Assembly (NCBI GenBank): GCA_951406725.2
Contig: OX597838.1
Span: 6,944,001-7,008,000, forward strand
DNA from: Octopus vulgaris
Lineage: Eukaryota
Length of the DNA stretch: 64,000 nt
Direction: 5' to 3'
Position numbers and translations under genes: made by a program. Each line of letters opens with the position of its first letter. Positions within the stretch are counted from its first letter, which is position 1. The notes under the pieces are model-generated. The model was not told the origin of the DNA. It saw only the letters and a program-made list of their open reading frames with translations, and ran no database searches. Positions 55,246 to 64,000 of this stretch are shown here, in pieces.

Positions 55246-55652
55246 GTTGTCCTATCAACGATTAAGTGTAAGAATTATTAACATACTTTATTACCAGCGG
55301 TCCCCATATATACTGAAAGTTATAAGACGTAAAATATTTCTTTATAAGAGTGTATAAATACAGGAAGAGAAAACCCTCGGTAGGACTTCTTAAATGCTGG
55401 AAAGGACAGTCACACCCAAACAACGAGAAAACTTCTTAAGCCACGTTGATTGTAGCCACGAGAATGAATAAAAATTCAGTAAACCTCTTATTCATAAGAT
55501 TCGCTATTAATGACCAAATAAATCAATTAATCAAATGATGAATTAGCCATCTATAGCTACGCGCCTCAAGAATCTCCTTTTCGTGTTTCGAGTTATGACT
55601 GACTGCTCTTTCCAGCTTGTAAGAATTCCTATCTCTTCATGTATTTATACAC

Positions 55653-55738
<86 letters not shown>

Positions 55739-55989
55739 GTCGCATACGTATATATATATTGTATACGCAGACACATCAGAGGTAGGATTGCATGGGGTAT
55801 AGAGGTAGACTGAGAACTAAAGAGAAGCCAGTCAAATACAAAATATTACAGACAGATAACTGAATGACTAGCGATAAACAGATATAGGTAGTCACTCTCT
55901 CACAGACACACACACACATGTATGTATGTATATATCCCGTTATGTTTGTATACAGAGACACGGAGAAAGAGAGGGAGACATATAAATAC

Positions 55990-56463
55990 ATACATAGATG
56001 CATACATACATACATAGATGCATACATACATACATACATACATACATACATACATACATACATACATACATACATACATACATACATACATACACACACA
56101 TATACATACATACCTACATACATACACACACATACATACATACCTACATACTTACATACCTACATACATACATACATGCATACATACATACATACATACA
56201 TACACACATACATACACACATACATACATACATACATACATACATACATGCATATATGCATACATACATACATACATACACACATACATACATACATACA
56301 TACATGCATACATACATACATACATACACACACATATACATACATACCTACATACATACACACACATACATACATACCTACATACATACACACACATACA
56401 TACATACATACACACACATACATACATACCTACATACATACACACACACATACATACACACAC

Positions 56464-56494
<31 letters not shown>

Positions 56495-56508
56495 CATACA
56501 TACATACA

Positions 56509-56542
<34 letters not shown>

Positions 56543-56570
56543 CATACATACATACATACATACATACATG
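55990..56570. repeat. (CATA)n microsatellite
   Basis: Direct reading. Confidence 0.95.
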
Positions 56571-57429
56571 AGTGTTTAGCTAGATAATAACAGTATTTTT
56601 CAGAATTTGACAGGATGTAAAGCCTGAAATATTTTATCATTTTCATTGTAATTATTTTTTGTCGTTTCGTTTCATGAGATCGTTTGTGGTTTTGTTTTTC
56701 CCTTATCAATTATATCTCAATATTACTCTAACATACAATTACTCCTCTGCTATATATATATATTCATCTGTATATATATATATATATATATATCATATAT
56801 ACTATATATATATGAATAGGCTTAATGTTGTCACCATAATCGGTTCTATGTAAGTCACATTGATGAGATTCAGTTTCTGTATTTTCAACTGACGAAGCTA
56901 TATATAGACCGAAACATGCAGTTTGTTGTTACGTTAGAGATCACGCCTCTGGATGATAAGTAATGTCTTTGATTTTTTTCCTTTGATTTTTTTTCAGTAT
57001 CAACATCAAGTATAGCCCTGATAGTAATGTGGCAGTTAATTAAGCCGTATCTAGGGTATAAAAGTTGACGCAGGATATAGAGAAACGATAGTTTAAACGT
57101 TCAAACATCGTCACCATCTTTCCAGAACCTGCAGCATTCCACACAGTTTTCTTGGTTCTCGAAAATCGTTTTCTAAAAGCAGTCGATTTGTATTTCTGTC
57201 GGCTGTAAATTGCACGCTGATTAGTTTGAATTATAAGCAGGAAAATACAGTAGAAGGAGCACAATAATCTACCGAGTGTTTGTACACATATTTCACGCAA
57301 AATAATAAGGGATCTGCCTTACAGGTATAGAAGATGTTGAGGTGGAGTGAAGAAATTAATACTGATCGATATACACAAGTAAAAAACAGATTAAAATTCT
57401 GTTGTTATGCATTGTTATCGTGAAATGTA

Positions 57430-57640
57430 TAATGGCGTTGAGCAGACAGAGTCCATAGCATGTGAGAGAAAAGGCTTAACAACATTTCATCCGTCTTTAC
57501 GTTCTGAGTTCAAATTCTGCCGAGGTCGATTTTGTCCCTTTCATTCCTTTAAGGTCGATGACATAATTACCAGTTGGACACTGGGGTCGATATACTCGAC
57601 TCAACTCTCTCCCGGAGATGCTGGTCTTTTGCCAAAATTT
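57430..57640 (+). mobile_element. SINE family B
   Basis: ccgtctttacgttctgagttcaaattctgccgaggtcgat...ctggggtcga. Confidence 0.85.
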
Positions 57641-57721
57641 GACATACATACATACATACATACATACATACATACATACATACATACATACATCACCATC
57701 ATCATCATCATCATCATTATT

Positions 57722-57753
<32 letters not shown>

Positions 57754-57797
57754 TATTCATTGTTATCATTATTATTATTATTGTTATCATCATCATC

Positions 57798-57857
<60 letters not shown>

Positions 57858-57876
57858 GTTGTTGTTGTTGTTGTTG

Positions 57877-57955
<79 letters not shown>

Positions 57956-58599
57956 CGCCATTATCTTATCATGATTATTAATTGTTCTACCGAATTTGCC
58001 ATGTTTCGTAGTTTTCATCGGAAAGCTGACGGAAGTAAGAACTTCGATTGGAAAACAAAGTCGAAGAGTTATCGTAATCAGTAATCAGTTGATTGATAAG
58101 CTAGTCTCCGCTTTTATAGGAGTTATAAATACAGTAAACGGATTAGAACGGATTAGACGACTAGCCAACAAAAACAAAAAGTTGTTAAGAAGGCAAGAGG
58201 CAACAAGAGGCAACTCAGATTTCATCGGAAACCGGACGGAACAAAAGAATTACTGTTTGAATATAATCAAGTGCTAATATCATAAGTAAACATTTGATAA
58301 ATACGCTAATCTCTTCATTTATATGACTTATCATTAGCCAACCTCATTCCGATAAGATGGGATTGTCTCTTAATGTTGTCGTGTATAAGTCAATGCAGTT
58401 AACAGAGAATCCGCTACGGCGTTTGATTCACGACTACAAATAACAAACTTTGAGTGGCATAAATCATTCGTTGAATACAATCAAGCGAGAGCTATGTTTT
58501 TATCTCGCACGATTCCTTTACCAAAGTAGGCTTATCACTTCTTCTTTTAAGAAGATGATGATATATTAACAGAATGCTCCAGCGTTTTCTTTCTTTCCA

Positions 58600-58663
58600 A
58601 TTCTTATCATCATTATCATCATCATCATCATCATCTTACCACCACCATCATCATCATGCATCG

Positions 58664-58699
<36 letters not shown>

Positions 58700-59700
58700 T
58701 TCATTATTATCACCTTATTATTATTTTCCCCGTCTTCTCCAAACTTTTTTCTTCATTTTCTTCTTCTTCTTCTTCTTCTTCTTCTTCTTCTTCTTCTTCT
58801 TCTTCTTCTTCTTCTTCTTCTTCTTCTTCTTCTTCTTCTTCTTCTTCTTCTTCTTCTTCTTCTTCAATTCTTCTTCTTCTTCTAATTCTGTTTCTTCTTT
58901 TCTTACCACATCTTCCTCCGCCTCGCCCTCTTCATCATCATCATCATCATCATCATCATTCTTCTTCTACATCTTCCTCTCCTCGTCTTCTTTTACATCA
59001 TCATCAGCAGCAGCAGCATGTTACTCTTCTTCTTCTTCTTCTTCTTCTTCTTCTTCTTCTTCTTCTTCTTCTTCTTCTTCTTCTTCTTCTTCCAATTCTT
59101 CTTCTTCTAATTCTGTTTCTTCTTTTCTTACCACATCTTCCTCCGCCTCGCCCTCTTCATCATCATCATCATCATCATCATCCTTCTTCTTCTACATCTT
59201 CATCTCCTCGTCTTCTTTTACATCATCATCATCAGCAGCAGCATGTTACTCTTCTTCTTCTTCTTCTTCTTCTTCTTCTTCTTCGTCTTCTTCTTCTTCT
59301 TCTTCTTCTTCGTCATCTTCTTCTTCTCCTTCTTCTTCTGCATCTTCTCTTCATCTTCTTCGCTTTCTACATCTTCCTCCTCCCTTCCTTAACTTCATCA
59401 TCATCATCATAAATCACCATCATCCTCATATTACACTTCTTTTTCTTCTTCTTCTTGTTCTTCTTCTTCTTCATCCTCTTCTCTGTCTGCATCTTCCCCC
59501 CCCCTCGTCTTCATCATCATCACGATCATTTTGCAATTCTATTTCATCTTCTTCACCTTCATGTTTTTCTTCTTGTACAACATCCTCCCCTCGTCCTCTT
59601 CTTCATCACCATCATCACCATCATCATCATGTTACCCTTTTCTTCTTCTTCTTCTCTTTCTTCTTCTTCTTCTTCTTCTTCTTCTTTATTTCTCGACTAT
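58600..59700. repeat. (CTT)n/(CAT)n low-complexity tract with an internal duplication of about 228 bp
   Basis: aattctgtttcttcttttcttaccacatcttcctccgcctcgccc occurs twice, near 58883 and 59109. Confidence 0.9.
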
Positions 59701-60228
59701 CGCAGTTTTGGTGATATCTTATATATGACGTGCTCTTAACTCGGCATGGGAATATTCTTGTTTTATTTTGCTCCATACTGATGTGAATTTCGCTCTTGGC
59801 TCTGTGGCACCAGATGTAATATATCATTGACAAAACCATGTCTTTCTATTGAATTCTTAATCATTCTTTTCACGTGCTTCATCTATCTTCACCTAGATTC
59901 CAAACTGCAAATTCAACACAAAAGAAGCCGTCTTAATTCATTTCCCAAGCACAAATTTCTTGAAACATGCAATAAAATTTATTTAAGCTATTTTAAAAAT
60001 CTTTTCAAAACAGAAAGTGAAAAACCGTCCCCTGTACAACATGGCGTTAGGTCATGTTGCATAATTGATTGTTTCTGTTTAGCCCTGGGCAAAAGCGGAT
60101 TGAGAAACCTGATAAAACAACAGCTGCGACTGAGTAGTTAATTGAGAATGATTTTTGGTCCATATACATACATATATGGGTGTTTGTATATATGGATGTA
60201 TGTAACTATATCTCTCTCACTCTCACTC

Positions 60229-60287
<59 letters not shown>

Positions 60288-60377
60288 GAGATTGATACAT
60301 ATATATATATATATATATATATGTGTCTGTGTATAAATATATATATGTATATATATATATATATATGTGTATATATG

Positions 60378-60440
<63 letters not shown>

Positions 60441-60655
60441 ACATGTATATTTTTCTACATGTCCCTTTGGTAAATATCTATTAATGTTATATCGCCTGAG
60501 GCAATGAGTCCATGGATATCGTCTAACCGATGCCCACAATACTACGGACTGAACTGTAATCATCCCAGTAATACGGACTATTATCTTAAGAGACATGTGA
60601 TTTGTAGAAACGCGCGTAGTGATACATTACAATATTTAGAAATTCCATAAAAGGA

Positions 60656-60771
<116 letters not shown>

Positions 60772-61967
60772 CTACATTAAATTTGTACAGCTCGATGCAA
60801 CAACAAAATGCTGGTTCACCATTCAACATCATTAGACTGCGTCGGGCATAATGGGATAGAAGTTTTATTTATACATTCAAGACGATTCCCTTAAACAAAT
60901 TTAAGATATATAAATATATGTGCGTGGGAGTGTGTATGCATGCATGCATATATGTATGCATGTATGTATGCATTCATTGCATTATAGAATATCCACTTTT
61001 TCTTCTGGTGTTTGGATACGATTTTAGAAAGATTTATAACAATTCATATGTAATTCATAACAAATCAGCAAACCTCGTAGAAACCTCACTGTAAGAGATT
61101 TGTGCTGGACGAACTCAGGCCAGATTTATCAAACCGAGGATGAAGATATTTCAATAAGAACAAACGGTTTGTAATGCGTAACCTAGAGTATCACTAATTT
61201 TAAAGCAGGCAGATATTTTGCTGTTGTTTCTAGCAATCAAGTTACCGCATACGTGTCCTCGATTCTGAGAGCAGAGGTGTTTCCTTTCTTGTTGTTGTTG
61301 TTGAAGACCAAATTTTTAGATTCATTCAGAAAATTTAAATGTCAAAATTGCTGATATTTAATTCATTGTTGCTTAGGGTTGAAGGGAGTGGTTTGTTTGT
61401 GTGTGTATATATGAGTTGCATATGTGTGTGGGCGTGTGCATGTGTGTGTAGGGGTGGGGGTGGGGGCGAAAATGATGCATGTGTCCCAAATCCCCAATTT
61501 GTTGCATGTAACATTTCTTTAAATGTCAATAATGCATGGTAGGTACCCTGGTGAAGAGGATCATAGGGAAGTATGCGAAAGTCTGACGCTGTTGCAATAG
61601 ATGCGAAATATTGTGAGTGAACATATGTGTGTGTATATATATACACACATATGTAAACTCACATATATATGTATACACATTATTCTGTATTTTATACACA
61701 CTACTAGGCGCAGCTGTCATTTTGTGGAACAGGTGTGTGTGGGTGTCTATATGTATATATATATACACAAACATATATATATATGCATGTAGGTATATAT
61801 ATATATATAAACATGCGTACATGTATGCATATATACATATCTATACACACACATACACATATATATATATATATTTTCTGTATTAAGTGTAAGCTTATGT
61901 CAATTTGTATATATGTATATATATATGTGTGTGTGTATGTTTTTTCGAACTCCCCTGTCTCTCTTTT

Positions 61968-62013
<46 letters not shown>

Positions 62014-62062
62014 AGGAGAGGTAGGCAGATAGAGATATACTCAGACAAATTGATAAATAGAC

Positions 62063-62105
<43 letters not shown>

Positions 62106-62197
62106 CAGACGGACATGCAGACAGACAAACAGATAGACAGACGGGCAGACTCCGAATTCTGCAATCTACATAATTCTAATTTTACTCTAATTTTTCC

Positions 62198-62286
<89 letters not shown>

Positions 62287-62303
62287 GATAGATAGATAGA
62301 TAG

Positions 62304-62380
<77 letters not shown>

Positions 62381-62493
62381 TACATTCACCAGTCCTTTTT
62401 GAATATCGATTCCTGTTCAAGATTTTACGCCTGACAGCTTCTCATACCTCCCCAGAATTGTGCCTTGTAATTTCACATTTAGAGGTTTCTTAC

Positions 62494-62580
62494 TCATGGA
62501 ACCAAGTTTATAAAATTCTTCCCCATCACACACAGTAACAATAAATAAAATATTGTTCACCAATGCCTGTTCGCTCTCTG
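62494..62580 (-). CDS. Candidate 87-nt exon B (phase 1-1), in frame with exon A
   Basis: Acceptor tatttatttcAG (62582-62581), donor ATGA|GTAAGA. Reads ESEQALVNNILFIVTVCDGEEFYKLGSM. Confidence 0.35.
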
Positions 62581-62664
62581 CTGAAATAAATACTAAAACT
62601 GTGCGAAATTGTGGTAGATCAGTTCAAAGAATGGAGTGAATGATAGGACGGAATGCCAACGTAC

Positions 62665-63057
62665 GGAATTGAATAGTGAAGTCTAAAGTAACTCCGTCAT
62701 CGATAAATAATACAATAATTCTATCTGTCGAAATATTTGAGAGATAAGTTATGTTCTTGGGGTGTCGTGTGTGCGAGATGGTCTTTGTATACGCATTATT
62801 TCGACGGCTAAACGCAAAATAAGACTTTTCGGCAGTGGTATTTAGGTCCGGGGCGTACGGACAGCCGCAGAAATCTTCAGATGAAGAACACTCGTCGATC
62901 AAGTATTTTAGGAGTGCCGGGTTCATGTGGGTCGTGACTCGAACGTGTTCTACTGCTATTTTCGATATGCCACCTTTTGTGAGGATTCTATTTGTAACCA
63001 CCTTTCGGGAGGGCTTATTTCCTTGAATCGTGTAGTATTTGCTTGTATCGTGATTCT
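62665..63057 (-). CDS. Candidate 393-nt exon A, Venus-flytrap (ANF receptor / class C GPCR)-like
   Basis: Acceptor ctaatttctttctgtggtttttcgtggccaAG and donor C|GTACGT. Open non-repetitive frame with KIAVEHV...LKYLIDECSSS...GCPYAPD...RIIVLFIDDG, loosely matching FAIEEIN...LGY.I.D.CS...IGP.SS...V.V..SDD. Confidence 0.45.
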
Positions 63058-63424
63058 CTTGGCCACGAAAAACCACAGAAAGAAATTAGACAGTGGAACT
63101 AATGCACCAAAATATCTTCACTTACTAAATATTTTAGTGTTTGCCACAAAATGGAAAAATTAGAGTAAAATTAGAATTATGTAGATTGCGTAAGTCGGAG
63201 TCAGCCATTTAAGTGCGGAATCAAAAGAGAAATTCTTATTTTATATATAAAAAGAAATAATTTTAATTCTGTAGATAAATCAATAAACATTTTTTTTTTA
63301 TTAAATCTCATAAAAGATTTTGATTATGAAATTTTCGGGAAATTTATTGTGATGGAAAATTTACTTTCATACATAAACGTATACACACGAGAATGTTTCG
63401 TATGATGTTGCAGTATAACTTTCA

Positions 63425-63560
63425 CTTGCTTTAGCCATTAGACAGCGGCCATGCTTTGGCACCAACTTCGTAAGGATTCAGTCGAACGGATCGACCCCGG
63501 TACTCTTCTTTCAGTGTGGTACATATTTTATCGGTTTTCTTTTCCCGAACTGCTAGGTTT
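63425..63560 (-). mobile_element. SINE family C, 3' fragment
   Basis: gcggccatgctttggcacc...gtcgaacggatcgaccccggtact. Confidence 0.7.
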
Positions 63561-63639
63561 ACGGCCAACTGAGCAATTTCTCTGATACCCACGCACTCGA
63601 ACACATACTCAAATCACACGAATTCAAAAAAAATCTTCA

Positions 63640-63899
63640 TCATTATCTTCTTCTTCTTCTTCTTTTTCTTCTTCTTTTACTCTTCTTTTTCTTCTCCTTG
63701 TTCTTGTTCTTCTTTTTCTTCTTCTTCTTCTTCTTCTTCTTTTACTCTTCTTTTTCTTCTCCTTGTTCTTGTTCTTCTTTTTCTTCTTCTTCTTCTTCTT
63801 CTTCTTCTTCTTCTTCTTCTTCTTCTCCTCCTCATTCTCATTCTCCTTCTTCTTCTACTACTACTTCTTTTTCTTCCTCTTCTTCTCTTTCTTCTTCAT

Positions 63900-63977
<78 letters not shown>

Positions 63978-64000
63978 ATTATTATTAGTATCATCATCAT
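63640..64000. repeat. (CTT)n/(TTA)n microsatellite
   Basis: Direct reading. Confidence 0.95.

Larger units (their letters stand above)
62144..63206. repeat. 56-bp inverted repeat pair (62144-62199 and 63151-63206)
   Basis: 51 of 56 positions are complementary by manual alignment. Confidence 0.9.

Noticed and set aside
56886-56925. CTGACGA...GAAACATG hammerhead-like motif
   Set aside because: It lacks the UH cleavage site and has an imperfect stem II; a possible decayed copy only.
57040-57330. Minus-strand 86-aa ORF as an exon
   Set aside because: No recognisable motif and only weak splice signals.
58656-59714. 352-aa Ser/Phe-rich ORF, the longest in the window
   Set aside because: It is (CTT)n/(CAT)n low-complexity sequence.
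62840-62865. CPYAPDLN as the Tc1/mariner YSPDL motif
   Set aside because: There is no surrounding DDE/D context or WVP motif, and the flanking sequence fits better elsewhere. Not fully excluded.

Overview
This is AT-rich, microsatellite-saturated eukaryotic genomic DNA. The SINE families and repeat landscape suggest an octopus or other coleoid cephalopod (inference from recalled repeat families, not a search). Almost all ORFs in the supplied track are translations of microsatellites. The real content is: (1) many tRNA-derived SINEs from at least four families; (2) decayed retroelement and transposon fragments (Penelope-like GIY-YIG endonuclease, R4/Dong-clade, RTE, Tc1/mariner) plus several foldback/MITE elements; (3) hammerhead-ribozyme motifs, namely one canonical type I near the Penelope fragment, one minimal minus-strand copy, and a two-copy family with a variant CUGUNGA core; (4) scattered minus-strand coding-like exons resembling class C GPCR / ANF-receptor Venus-flytrap and 7TM domains, mostly disrupted, with one exon pair bracketed by a 56-bp inverted repeat; (5) a candidate plus-strand recursive splice site (TTTCAG|GTAAGT); (6) a tRNA-SINE/5S rRNA chimera and a 110-bp tandem array. 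There is no CRISPR array and no prokaryotic system. All protein-family calls are by-eye motif recognition and need HMM confirmation.
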